From NCBI GenBank assembly GCA_012798435.1, contig JAAZNF010000028.1, forward strand, positions 94,946 to 158,945: DNA of 64,000 bases, read 5' to 3'. Numbering within the stretch: the first letter of the stretch is position 1; each line of letters starts with the position of its first letter. The notes below the pieces were generated by a model that was given only the letters and a program-made list of their open reading frames with translations, was not told the DNA's origin and searched no databases. Source of the stretch: Myxococcales bacterium (GTDB taxonomy: Bacteria; Myxococcota; B64-G9). Position numbers and translations under genes: made by a program. Shown here piece by piece: positions 9,173 through 18,747 of this stretch.

Positions 9173-9202
9173 TTGCCGAATTTTTTACATGAATGATAGA
9201 AT
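9173..9202 (+). promoter_or_regulatory. Putative sigma70 promoter (extended -10)
   Basis: TTGCCG-18 nt-TAGAAT, with TG at -15/-14. Confidence 0.5.
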
Positions 9203-9241
9203 CTCTCGTCCCATGCCGCCGGCTTCCGGCAGGAGGTCCCC

Positions 9242-11545
9242 GTGCGCCGACTGTGGATTCTGGTGCTGGCTGTGGTAATCGCGAGTGGTCTTGCGGCCTG
9301 CGACTGCGGCTCCACCGTGCACCAGGTCGGACCGGAGCTCGAGCGGTATTTCACGGGACCCCATTCGGATGTCCCGGCCATCGAACAATACCAGCAACTC
9401 CCCGACAACGACGAACTCTCCCTGGACTTCGGCATGGTCGATGTGAATACCATCTCGCGACTCTACCTGTTGATCCGCAACCAGGGAGAGGGAGATCTGG
9501 TCCTGGCGAATTTCTCCCGGGACTCCGCGACCAGCCCGGACTTACAGATCGGCTGTCTCGTCAGCGGCACCGTCATCGACGGCTGCCTGGCGGGCGGGGT
9601 GCCACTCCGCGTCGCCCCCGGTCGCGACCTCATCGTCGAGGTCACCTATGTCCCGCTGGAGGAAGAAACAGACAGCGGCGGCTTTACCCTCGGGTTCAAC
9701 ACCACCCAACACGCCTCCATCCACGTGTCGATCGCAGGGAGGGGCGTGACCCGGGAGATCCAGGTATGCATCGCGGACTGCACTGGAGACGAGGCCTCGG
9801 CCGGTTGCAGCGGCGCGGCGGAGCTGTGCAATGAGCAGGTGGGAAAGGACAACCTGATCGTCCAGTTTGGGGACACGCCCATGGAGATCACCGCCTCGCG
9901 CCGCATCGTGATCCGCAACCTGGGCGAGCGGGAACTGCGCATCGCGGCGCTGCCGCTGGAGTCATCGGATGGCCGCTCGTTGGCCCTCGATCTGGCCGGC
10001 TTCACGCCCCCGCAGTCTCTCTTCGCACGGACCGAGCGAACCGTGTTCCTCAAGTACCACCCGGCCGCCGGCGGCGATCACACGGGCATGGTGCGGGTGC
10101 TCTCGGACGATCTCAACGAGCCGGAGATCCAGATCCTGGTGGCGGGCCGCGGCGTGGCCCCGCGCGCCTGCCCGGAACCGCTCGAGCTGGACTTCGGCAG
10201 CGTGCGTGTCGGTGACCGGCCGGTGAAGTCCTTCGCCATCCGAAGTTGCGGCTTGCAGACGCTTCGCATCCAGGGCCTCTCGTTGGCATCCGGCAGCAGC
10301 CCGGACTTCACGCTGTTCGAGGCCCCCGCCCTGCCGGTGGACGTGCCGGTGGGCGACGCGCTGACTGTCCAGGTGCAATATGCTCCCCCGCGGGCGGGCA
10401 GCGACATCGGCGGGGTGGACATCTTCTCCAATGACTTCACCGCCGAGGCCGGCACCGGCTACACGGGCACGGTGATCCTCAAGGGCCGCAGCGACGAGAC
10501 CTACTGCGACATCGTGCCCGAACCCCTGGCGGTGAACTTCGGGGTGGTCAACGTGGATGACACGCCTCGGGTGGACCTCGTGCTGCGCAACGCGGGCAAC
10601 CAGGATTGTGTCCTGAACCAGGTCGCCATCACCCGCAACACGTCCCAGAACGAGTTTTCTCTCCCTCTGCCGCCAAGCCCCAACAGCTCCATCGCGCCCG
10701 CCGGAACCCTGAACGTGTCCATCGACTACCACCCGGTCAACCTCGGCCAGGACACCGGCATCCTGAGCATCTTCTGCAACGACAAGGACACGAACGAGGT
10801 CAAGGTGGACCTCAACGGGTTCGCCAAACCCAGCGGCAACGGCCCAGTGGCGGTGTGCACCGTGACCCCGGCCCAGGCGGCGGCCTTCGACACCCTCACC
10901 TGGCGCGGCGATCAGAGCTACGATCCCGACGGCCGCACCATCACGACCTACACCTGGAGCATCGTGTCCTTCCCGGCCGGCTCCTCGGCGCGCTTGTTGG
11001 GCGTCGGCCCCAACCGCACTACCCAGACCGACCTGGCCGGCAACTACACGGCGCAGCTTGTGGTGCAGAACGACCTCGGCCAATCCAGCCAGCCGTGCAC
11101 CGCCACCGCCACGGTCATCCCCAGCCAGGACCTGTGGATCGAGATGTACTGGCAGCACACGAACGACGACATGGACCTGCACCTGCTGAAGCCCAACGGC
11201 ATCAAGCGCACCCAGGGCGACTGCTTCTTCTCCAACTGCATCCGGCCCTTGTCTCCCGATTGGGGGGCCATCGGCGTGACCACCGACAACCCCCACCTCG
11301 ACCTGGACGACATTCCCGGCGACGGCCCGGAGAACATCAACATCGCCGCGCCGGCGGATGGCCTGTACACGGTATTCGTCCACGACTACCCCGGTTCGGA
11401 GTACACCGGTGCCAACCATGTGACCGTCAACGTCTACATTTCGGGGCAGCTCAAGGCGACATTCGAGCGCGACATCTCCGGCGAGGACAGCGATTGGATG
11501 GTGTGCACGGTGGACTGGCCCTCTGGCACGGTTACGCCGCTTTGA
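9242..11545 (+). CDS. Surface lipoprotein with choice-of-anchor D/ASH Ig-like repeats, a PKD-like domain and a C-terminal DUF2135/YfaP-like domain
   Basis: Lipobox LAAC; four (L/V)xFG...N.G...L Ig repeats; SYDPDG..TYTW PKD motif; DMDLHL...DLDDIPGDGPENI. Confidence 0.8.
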   Translation: MRRLWILVLAVVIASGLAACDCGSTVHQVGPELERYFTGPHSDVPAIEQYQQLPDNDELSLDFGMVDVNTISRLYLLIRNQGEGDLVLANFSRDSATSPDLQIGCLVSGTVIDGCLAGGVPLRVAPGRDLIVEVTYVPLEEETDSGGFTLGFNTTQHASIHVSIAGRGVTREIQVCIADCTGDEASAGCSGAAELCNEQVGKDNLIVQFGDTPMEITASRRIVIRNLGERELRIAALPLESSDGRSLALDLAGFTPPQSLFARTERTVFLKYHPAAGGDHTGMVRVLSDDLNEPEIQILVAGRGVAPRACPEPLELDFGSVRVGDRPVKSFAIRSCGLQTLRIQGLSLASGSSPDFTLFEAPALPVDVPVGDALTVQVQYAPPRAGSDIGGVDIFSNDFTAEAGTGYTGTVILKGRSDETYCDIVPEPLAVNFGVVNVDDTPRVDLVLRNAGNQDCVLNQVAITRNTSQNEFSLPLPPSPNSSIAPAGTLNVSIDYHPVNLGQDTGILSIFCNDKDTNEVKVDLNGFAKPSGNGPVAVCTVTPAQAAAFDTLTWRGDQSYDPDGRTITTYTWSIVSFPAGSSARLLGVGPNRTTQTDLAGNYTAQLVVQNDLGQSSQPCTATATVIPSQDLWIEMYWQHTNDDMDLHLLKPNGIKRTQGDCFFSNCIRPLSPDWGAIGVTTDNPHLDLDDIPGDGPENINIAAPADGLYTVFVHDYPGSEYTGANHVTVNVYISGQLKATFERDISGEDSDWMVCTVDWPSGTVTPL

Positions 11546-12995
11546 CCCGACGGCGGTCGAGCAGCCACGCGGCCCCGCCCACCCCCACCAGCACCAGTAC
11601 CATCGTCAACCAGAAGCGCGCGTTCGACCACGGCCGTCCCCCTTCGAACATCATCGCCTCCGCGATCGGCAAGCCCAGGAATTCTCCGTTGTACCCGCCA
11701 TGGTAGACCATCCAACGCCCGTTGATGGCGACCGTTACCGGGGAGGACCAGGTGCTCTCGCCCAGACTGACTCCATCCCAGAGCGGCGCTCCGATGAAGA
11801 CAGAGAAACGCTCCGTCCCCTGGTCCATCCACAATCCATACAGCCGATGGTCGAGAGCCGTCACAAGCGCCGTCGCGCGCGGTCCGTCCTTCAACCATGC
11901 CGCCGAGGCGTGCACCGGGCCTCCGCAGGCGTGGCTCCAATGCACCGCGCCGGTGCGAGCGTCCAGCGCGTACATCTTGCCGTCGTAGGAGCCCACCACG
12001 ACGCGTTCTACGCCCGGCTCATCGATGACCATCGGCGTGGCCGCGATCCAGTAGCCGGTCTTCATGCTCCAGACCTCCTCGCCGGTGCGCGCATCCAGGG
12101 CCCGTAACTTTCCGAAGTGTGAGCCGGCGAACACCAGCGGGCGCTCGGTGCGCAACCACAGCGCGCAGCTCCCCTGGATGATCTCCGATTCCCGGTGATG
12201 CCAGACGACCTCGCCGGTGTCCGCCCGTAGAACGCGCAGGTTCCCGTCCTCCGAGCCCACGCACAGATAGCCGCTACCGTCGAGCTCGAAGTACACCGGG
12301 TGGGAGACGCGGTTGTCGAGGAAATCTGCGCGCCACAGTCGCGCTCCGCTCTCGGCGTCGATCGCGGAAAGCCCCCCACGCTGCCGATTGGCTCCGAGCG
12401 ACTTGTCGTACACCCAGTGTCCGACGAACACGGCCTCGCGTTCGCCGGCCCGGCCCAGGGCGGGGGCGCTGAGCCTGGCGCCGCCCACCGTCGGCCGGTA
12501 GGGTTCGACCTCGGTCGAGAAGACGCGAGTTCCGTCGATGCCGTCCAGTGCGTACACCGTCCGGTCCGAGGAGGCCGCGTACAGCAGCGTGCGCCCGCCA
12601 CGCGTTCGCATGACCGGGGTGCCATACACGCCGCCACCGGTGGTATAGCGAAAGCGCAGCTCTCCGCTGACGGCGTCCCACAGGTACACGCGGTGATCGT
12701 AACAGCCAGCGGCGACCCAGGCCCGACCGTCGAAGGCGGCCACGGCCGGAGAGGACCATACCGTCATCCCGGGTTCGAAGGCGTGGACCCGGCCGGCCAG
12801 ATCGAAACTCCAGCGCCGCGGCCTTTCCCCGTCCGCAGTGACGAGCCGGACGCTGGCCCGGTTCATCTCGTCGCGCCGCCACATCGGCCAGTCCGCTTCC
12901 GCGAGCACTTGTCCACCCGCGCTCGAGCCGACCCCGACGGTGAGGCTCCACAGCGTCAGGATGTGGAACATTGGTTGTCGGTTTTTGCCTGCCAT
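11532..12995 (-). CDS. PQQ-binding-like beta-propeller protein with a C-terminal TM anchor
   Basis: DWPMWRRD N-terminal motif; repeated SSP...VGSxDG..YALDA.TG...W blades; hydrophobic C-terminus. The start could be 12971 instead. Confidence 0.8.
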   Translation of the reverse strand: MAGKNRQPMFHILTLWSLTVGVGSSAGGQVLAEADWPMWRRDEMNRASVRLVTADGERPRRWSFDLAGRVHAFEPGMTVWSSPAVAAFDGRAWVAAGCYDHRVYLWDAVSGELRFRYTTGGGVYGTPVMRTRGGRTLLYAASSDRTVYALDGIDGTRVFSTEVEPYRPTVGGARLSAPALGRAGEREAVFVGHWVYDKSLGANRQRGGLSAIDAESGARLWRADFLDNRVSHPVYFELDGSGYLCVGSEDGNLRVLRADTGEVVWHHRESEIIQGSCALWLRTERPLVFAGSHFGKLRALDARTGEEVWSMKTGYWIAATPMVIDEPGVERVVVGSYDGKMYALDARTGAVHWSHACGGPVHASAAWLKDGPRATALVTALDHRLYGLWMDQGTERFSVFIGAPLWDGVSLGESTWSSPVTVAINGRWMVYHGGYNGEFLGLPIAEAMMFEGGRPWSNARFWLTMVLVLVGVGGAAWLLDRRRVKAA

Positions 12996-13990
12996 GTGTC
13001 GACGACCTTCATGCGCCCTTGAGGGCAACGATCCACGCAGGCCAGACAGAACTGGCACTGGTCGAGCCGTACGCGACCCGCCTGGATGGCCCCCACCCGG
13101 CACACCCGCGCGCATACTCCGCAGTCCCGGCATTCACCCTCCGCCTGCACGCGCAGCCGCGAGCGGCGGTGGATCAATCCCATCAGGTAGCCCCAGGGGC
13201 AAATGTAGCGGCACCAGGCCCGCGCCAAAAACAGCGAGGCCACCATCAACACCAGGGTGGTCAGCGCCGAGGCGGGATCACGCACGTCGGCGAAGGCGAA
13301 GTGCACCGGGGAGACGATGGTGGTTCGAAGTAGCGCCGAGATCACGATGATCCAGAAACTGGCGGCCCGCAGGCCTCGGATGGCCTCGTCACGCACCACG
13401 CCGCTGAGAACCAAGAACAACAGTAGAAACAGCGAGGCGCCCCAGTACAGGCTGGAGTCTTCCACGTAGAACTGTCTGGTGCTTCCCATCCAGAAGACCA
13501 GCAGCATGAACCCCGCAAAGAACAAGAACAGCAGAACGTTGCGCGTGGCCGGTCCGGGCCGAAGCCGAACCCGCGCGCCGAGACGGCCGAGATTCTCGCG
13601 CAGGATGACCATGATCTCCTGGAGCGTGCCGGTGGGGCAAATCCACCCGCAGAAGAACGGCCCGCTCATCAGGGCAAACGACAACACCACCACTGGCAGG
13701 CTCATCCAGAAGAACGACTCGGTGAACACTGTGCCGATCAGGGTGATGCCGTGCAGGGTGTTGCGGATCATGCCGAACACGCCCAGGCAGGAATAGACGA
13801 TGTAGAAGAACACCAGGATGGCGAGCCCCTGCACCAGGTGGCGCACCCCCTGGCGGTGGCGGCGCACGTTGAGCACGAGCAGAGTGAGCAAGAAGAGGGC
13901 CAGTACCGAGAACAACTCCACGTGGCTCTCGTCGAGCGCCACCAGCGGCGACTCCAGGGTCTTCCACAGGGGGAGGTAATTGGTGTCCAA
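12956..13990 (-). CDS. Membrane 4Fe-4S binding protein (NapH/NosR-C/YccM-like polyferredoxin)
   Basis: FCGWICPTG and WCRYICPWG motifs, plus CxxCxxCxxxC twice; multiple TM helices. Confidence 0.88.
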   Translation of the reverse strand: MDTNYLPLWKTLESPLVALDESHVELFSVLALFLLTLLVLNVRRHRQGVRHLVQGLAILVFFYIVYSCLGVFGMIRNTLHGITLIGTVFTESFFWMSLPVVVLSFALMSGPFFCGWICPTGTLQEIMVILRENLGRLGARVRLRPGPATRNVLLFLFFAGFMLLVFWMGSTRQFYVEDSSLYWGASLFLLLFLVLSGVVRDEAIRGLRAASFWIIVISALLRTTIVSPVHFAFADVRDPASALTTLVLMVASLFLARAWCRYICPWGYLMGLIHRRSRLRVQAEGECRDCGVCARVCRVGAIQAGRVRLDQCQFCLACVDRCPQGRMKVVDTWQAKTDNQCSTS

Positions 13991-13993
13991 GGC

Positions 13994-14791
13994 TCAGTCG
14001 CCTTCGCCGGTTGGTTCCATACGATCACACAAGCCAGAACCCTCCATGCATTTCTGAGAACAACCCGGCAGCGCGCCGCCTTCGCGCCACGACAGGCCGA
14101 GGAACCGCGCCACGAAGGGGCATGCGGGCCGCTCCATCACCAGCGAGAGCGGGCCGCTCTGCACCACCCGCCCCCCCAGCATGATGGCAACGTCGTCACC
14201 CACCGAACGCGCCTCCTCGCGATCGTGCGTGACGTGTACGGTGGTGAGCGAAAGCGTCTGGTGCAGGCGTCGCAATTCGGCGCGAAGCTCCAGCCGGCTA
14301 TTGTGATCCAGCCGGCTCAACGGCTCGTCGAGCAGCAGCAGACGCGGCCGGACGGCTAGTGCCCGCGCCAGGGCCACCCGCTGCGCCTCGCCGCCGCTGA
14401 GCCGCGCGGGCCGCGCCTTCGCCAGACGCGTGATGCCCAACAGCTCGAGCAACTCCCGCACGCGCGCCTCCCGCTCTCCCTTGGGGATCGCGCGCAACGA
14501 GAGCCCGAAGGCCACGTTGCGCGATACGTCGAGGTGCGGCAGCAGCCAGGGGTCCTGGAACACCAGCGCGCAGTTCCTTCGCTCCGGCGGCAGGCCTCCC
14601 ACGTCGTGCCCATCGAGCAGCAGATGGCCCGGCTCGGCGCGAAACACCCCGGCCAGGGCCGAAAGCAGCAAGGATTTCCCGCTCCCGCTCGGACCCAGCA
14701 CCACCAGGTACCGGCGGACCGGTAGCGAGAGCGAGATCGGCCCCAAGGTAAACTCGCCGAAGCACCGCTGGAGTTTGCGAAGCTCGAGCAC
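13994..14791 (-). CDS. ABC transporter ATP-binding protein, molybdate/tungstate (ModC/WtpC)-like
   Basis: Walker A GPSGSGKS, LSGGEAQRVALARAL, LLLDEP, HVTHD; Cys-rich tail and no TOBE domain; GTG start inferred. Confidence 0.88.
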   Translation of the reverse strand: MLELRKLQRCFGEFTLGPISLSLPVRRYLVVLGPSGSGKSLLLSALAGVFRAEPGHLLLDGHDVGGLPPERRNCALVFQDPWLLPHLDVSRNVAFGLSLRAIPKGEREARVRELLELLGITRLAKARPARLSGGEAQRVALARALAVRPRLLLLDEPLSRLDHNSRLELRAELRRLHQTLSLTTVHVTHDREEARSVGDDVAIMLGGRVVQSGPLSLVMERPACPFVARFLGLSWREGGALPGCSQKCMEGSGLCDRMEPTGEGD

Positions 14792-14793
14792 GC

Positions 14794-16011
14794 TCAGGCC
14801 CTCCGCAGGGGCGCCCGGCTGAAAGGCGCGGGCAATAGGGCGCGGCCGAACTGCATGAGCACGAACACCCACAGACAGATGAGCAGGAGCAGCATGGCGA
14901 TGGGCCGGCTCTCGGAAACCCCGCCCTTGAGGAACTCGTTGTACACCATGACCGAGCCAGAGAGCGGGTGCGGCGCGAACAGCATGATGGCCCCGAACTC
15001 GCCGACCGCCCGCGCCCAGCACAGGATGACGCCGGTCAGCACGCCCCGCGAGGCCAGCGGCAGCGCCACCCTGCCAAACACCTGCCAGGGCCTAGCCCCC
15101 AGGGTGCGGGCCGCGGTTTCGAGCTGTTCCGGAACTCCCTCGAAGGCCGTCATGGCGGACTTGATGAGGAAGGGAGTGGAGACAATCACCTGGGCCAGCA
15201 CGATACCGGCGAAGCGCCCGGCCAGCCCCAGCCCGGCGCGCTCGAGCATCTCGCCCAGCGGCGAACCCGGGCCGAGCAGCGTGAGCAAGGCGATCCCCAC
15301 CACCGGCTTCGGCAGCAGGATGGGCAGATCCACCAGGGCCTCGACTAGACTGCGCCCCCGGGGTTCCCCGCGTACCAGTGCGTACGCCAGCGGCACCCCG
15401 AAGAGAAACGCGATCAGCGTGGCCAGACTGGCCGAGGAGAGCGAAACCAGCAGCGCCTGCCGCACCTCGGGCCGGCCGGCGAACTGGAGCAGCGTCTGCG
15501 GCGTCTCCTGGACCAGCATGTGCAAGAAAGGGAGCAGGATGAGCCCGAGGACGAACAGCCCGACCGCCAGCGAGGCGCTGACAAAGAGAGAGGTGCCCGC
15601 CCTGGCGCTGCGCCACACCAGGATCCACAGCAGGGCCAGTGGCACGAAGGTTTCGAAGGCGTACGGTTGAAATACGACGTAGCTCAAGACGAAGGCAGAA
15701 AAGAGCCCGAGCAGCAGGCCGTTTCGAAAGACGCTGGCGTACACGATGACCAGCAACAAGAACAGCGACTCCCGTTGCAGCAGCGCGACCAGCAGCAGAA
15801 ACAGCACCAGGTATCCGGCCACGAACAGTCCCAGGCGGCGGCGCTCGCCCGTCTGGAGCAGCAGCAGCCCGCACCAGGCCACGTACAGGTTCACCGCCAA
15901 CATCACCAGGTTGGTGGGCAGCGAAAGCACCGGCTCGGGCACGAGGCCGATGACGAGGTGCACCAGGGCCACGCCGCCAGCCGTCAGCAGAAGAGTCCGG
16001 CGCGGGATCAT
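14794..16011 (-). CDS. ABC permease, molybdate/tungstate (ModB/WtpB)-like, with extra N-terminal TM helices
   Basis: VDLPILLPKPVVG, AARTLGA (EAA loop), WARAVGEFGA. Confidence 0.88.
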   Translation of the reverse strand: MIPRRTLLLTAGGVALVHLVIGLVPEPVLSLPTNLVMLAVNLYVAWCGLLLLQTGERRRLGLFVAGYLVLFLLLVALLQRESLFLLLVIVYASVFRNGLLLGLFSAFVLSYVVFQPYAFETFVPLALLWILVWRSARAGTSLFVSASLAVGLFVLGLILLPFLHMLVQETPQTLLQFAGRPEVRQALLVSLSSASLATLIAFLFGVPLAYALVRGEPRGRSLVEALVDLPILLPKPVVGIALLTLLGPGSPLGEMLERAGLGLAGRFAGIVLAQVIVSTPFLIKSAMTAFEGVPEQLETAARTLGARPWQVFGRVALPLASRGVLTGVILCWARAVGEFGAIMLFAPHPLSGSVMVYNEFLKGGVSESRPIAMLLLLICLWVFVLMQFGRALLPAPFSRAPLRRA

Positions 16012-16102
16012 TATTTTGAGGAATCCATAGGGCGCGACCGCTCATGCCACCTCGCCGGCGCGAGCCGGACGGAGGCTTTGCGTGAAAAGGAACTCGCAGC
16101 CG

Positions 16103-16669
16103 TCAGGGCAGGCGGTTCAGCACCGAGCCGAAAAAGTCGGTGATGAGTTGCTTGCCGGGATCGTCGTTGCCGGTCTTGCCGAGGTCGATCTCCACAAAGT
16201 ACTTTCCCTTCACGGCGTGCAACAGCCAGGCCTCGCTGGCCGCGTTGAAGCGCCGGCGTGCCGCGTCGCCAAGACCGGATATGTCTTCCCACGTGGCCAG
16301 TCCCTTGATGGAGGTGTTGTTGTAGACGGACTGGGCCTGCTCGGGTTTCGACATCTCGTAGATCTGGAGATCGGTGGTCTTGTCGGAATTCTTGTAGTAG
16401 GCCATGGCCATGCCTACCCAGCCGCCGACGTCGTCAACGAAGATGGTGATGTGCCCGTCGATGAGAATCTCGGCCTCGGCACGGGTATAGGCGGCGGCGA
16501 TTCCGCCGGCCGGCGGGTTCTGCGCCCAGGGGGTAAGGTCCACCTCCCAGCCGGTGATGTCGCCGGTTTTCGGCATGTACTCCCCGACCTTCTTGGCCGA
16601 ACTGCCGCCACCACAGGCCGCGAGCGAAAGAGCAAAACCAAGCGCCACAAAAAGAGCCACGGTTCTCAT
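16103..16669 (-). CDS. Lipoprotein (DUF6599-like)
   Basis: Lipobox LAAC; P...GW...LIDG...F...LQIYEM..PEQAQSVY...KGKYFVEI pattern; RBS AAGGAGG. Confidence 0.65.
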   Translation of the reverse strand: MRTVALFVALGFALSLAACGGGSSAKKVGEYMPKTGDITGWEVDLTPWAQNPPAGGIAAAYTRAEAEILIDGHITIFVDDVGGWVGMAMAYYKNSDKTTDLQIYEMSKPEQAQSVYNNTSIKGLATWEDISGLGDAARRRFNAASEAWLLHAVKGKYFVEIDLGKTGNDDPGKQLITDFFGSVLNRLP

Positions 16670-16805
16670 CTCGTTCCTCCTTCGACTGCGAAGTAGATTG
16701 TTCGCCGACACTTGGTGTTTCGCGCCTTGTCCGCCAAACATTCTACCCAGGGGCGGGCAGAAGTCATGGAAATAATGGGCACCGGACGGAGCGCCATCAC
16801 GGAGG

Positions 16806-18092
16806 CTACAAGGGGCGAACCTGGAGGTTCTGCGGGGGCCGCGGGCGGACGTCGTCGCTCACGCAGACCTCGTCGAAGAACGTCACGCAGCCCTGCCCGC
16901 TCGGCCCGCGTCGGTGCTCGGCCACGGCCGACAGCAGGTAGCCCGCCCACAGCGCGGTGAGATCCTCGATGTCGCCGGTGTTCGCGATCAAGATGTCGCG
17001 CACCGGTTGGTCCTGCCCCGCGATGCCCAGCGCCATGGCGCACACCATGCTGCGCCAGCCGTCGTAGCCGCGGTTGGCGTAGCAGAAGGTGTTCACCTCG
17101 CTCTGGTATTGCGTCTCGCCCAGGATGACCAGCGCCGCCTTGGCCAGCGTCCTGGCGTCGTCGCTCGAGACGAAGCGGCCGGACGGGTAGTGGCTGCAGG
17201 TGGCGCTGTCCACGCAGGTGTCCTGGTTGGCCATGGTCTCAATGCGGGTGCGCACCGCCGGCCCCGGGGTGAAGCCGGCCGCCAGCACCGCCGCCAGCCC
17301 GCGCCAGGTCGGGTTGGGGTCGTCCATCTGGCGGAGGAAGGCCTCCTGTACCCGCGGATCGGAGACCTTCACCTTGGCCAGGTCGATGAGGCCGCGCTCC
17401 ATCTGGGCGTGGTCGAAGGCCCAGTAGTCGAAGCCCGCGCCGTCGTCCTCGTCCTGGTGCTCGTTCGGGTGCCAGCTCCCGTCCAGGCCGCCGTCGGCGG
17501 TGTACTCCAGCCGGGCGTGACCGTAGCGCTGCAGCATCTGGTCGAGGCCGCCGGCGCCAGGGTAGGTCGCGGCCAGCTCGGTGTAGCGCTGCCACATGAG
17601 GTGCTCGGCCTGGCCGTTGCTGTTGTCGAGTTCGCTCTGGGTGGGCAGCACCTTGGTGTAGTAGTTGTCGTCGATGTTGAAGTTGCCGCCTGGGCTGGGG
17701 TGCGGGGAGAAGTGCGTGGCCAGGGTGATCTTGAGATTCAAGTTGTCGTCGCCGTTGTTGGCGGTGCGGGTGATGGTGAGGGTAAACAGCTTGTTCTCGC
17801 CGGGCATGACGGTGACGTTGGACGGCGAGCAGGAGACGCTGAAGTCCGAGTTGGAGGCCAGCAGGCGCACCCCTGAGATGCCGTACGGAAAGTTGTTGCG
17901 CACCCACACCCGCAGCGTCTCCTGGGAGCCGATGGTCTCGTTCATGAACACCGTGTCGCGCTCGGGCTTCACGATGATGCGCGAGGGGGTGTTGTAGATG
18001 TTGGTGCACCAGTGAGCCAGGGCCGGCGGAGCGGCCATGTTAGCAGCGAGAAAAAACGCCACGGCAACGACCAGGGCTCTCGTTCGGGTCAT
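16806..18092 (-). CDS. Secreted hypothetical protein (N-terminal Ig-like domain, helical C-terminal half)
   Basis: Signal peptide ending ALA|HWC; strongly GC3-biased codons; RBS AAGGA. Confidence 0.75.
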   Translation of the reverse strand: MTRTRALVVAVAFFLAANMAAPPALAHWCTNIYNTPSRIIVKPERDTVFMNETIGSQETLRVWVRNNFPYGISGVRLLASNSDFSVSCSPSNVTVMPGENKLFTLTITRTANNGDDNLNLKITLATHFSPHPSPGGNFNIDDNYYTKVLPTQSELDNSNGQAEHLMWQRYTELAATYPGAGGLDQMLQRYGHARLEYTADGGLDGSWHPNEHQDEDDGAGFDYWAFDHAQMERGLIDLAKVKVSDPRVQEAFLRQMDDPNPTWRGLAAVLAAGFTPGPAVRTRIETMANQDTCVDSATCSHYPSGRFVSSDDARTLAKAALVILGETQYQSEVNTFCYANRGYDGWRSMVCAMALGIAGQDQPVRDILIANTGDIEDLTALWAGYLLSAVAEHRRGPSGQGCVTFFDEVCVSDDVRPRPPQNLQVRPL

Positions 18093-18214
18093 GGTCCTTC
18101 GCTCCTCTCGAGCGGCGTTGCGCCCGATGGTTCTTGCGATTCTGACCTCTTCGGGCCAGTGGTGTCAAGGACGGTGGTCAGCGGTTCTTCGGGAGGAAGC
18201 AGAGAGAATCGCCG

Positions 18215-18736
18215 TCATGCCTTTCGCGGCACCCAGGCGAGGTCGAGGATGGTGAAGGTGGGATGCGCGGTCTCGAACACCGGCTCGATGGGCATGCCGA
18301 TCTCGGGTTTCGCGCCCCGGAGTTGGCTCATGATGATGGTGGACACGCCCTCGATCTCGACCGAGATGAGCTCACACGGGATGGGCACCCGGTTGAAGGC
18401 GCCGGGGTGGGCCACGGTGATGTGGGTGTGGATCCTGGCGGTCTTTCGCGCCCGCTCGGTCACGTCGATCCACTCGGTGCGCTCCAGGCAGTCCGGGCAG
18501 TACACCCGCGGCGGCAGGAAGACGTGCCCTTCCTTGCCGGCGGGCTTGCACTTCTTGTTGACGCAGCGGGTGGCGAGCAGCTTTCCCTCGGTGAGCCCGC
18601 GGAAGAAGGGGCTCTCCCCGCCGTAGGTGTGGATGTGGATGGGGGCGCGGGGCTTCTCGATGACGATGGGATCCAGCTTGCGCAGCACCGTGGCGGTGGG
18701 GTTCAGGTTGGAAAAGTCGTAATCGTGCTTGGCCAT
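18215..18736 (-). CDS. DUF35 Zn-ribbon/OB-fold protein (thiolase partner)
   Basis: FFRGLTEGKLLATRC...C...PPRVYCPDC, GMPIEPVF; RBS AAGGAG. Confidence 0.9.
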   Translation of the reverse strand: MAKHDYDFSNLNPTATVLRKLDPIVIEKPRAPIHIHTYGGESPFFRGLTEGKLLATRCVNKKCKPAGKEGHVFLPPRVYCPDCLERTEWIDVTERARKTARIHTHITVAHPGAFNRVPIPCELISVEIEGVSTIIMSQLRGAKPEIGMPIEPVFETAHPTFTILDLAWVPRKA

Positions 18737-18747
18737 GGCGTGTCTCC

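Noticed and set aside
13988-13996. The ABC ATPase TGA stop is in frame with the downstream 4Fe-4S gene (possible Sec read-through fusion)
   Set aside because: No convincing hairpin follows the UGA and there is no Cys-like context. In-frame adjacency occurs by chance one time in three, and both proteins look complete on their own.
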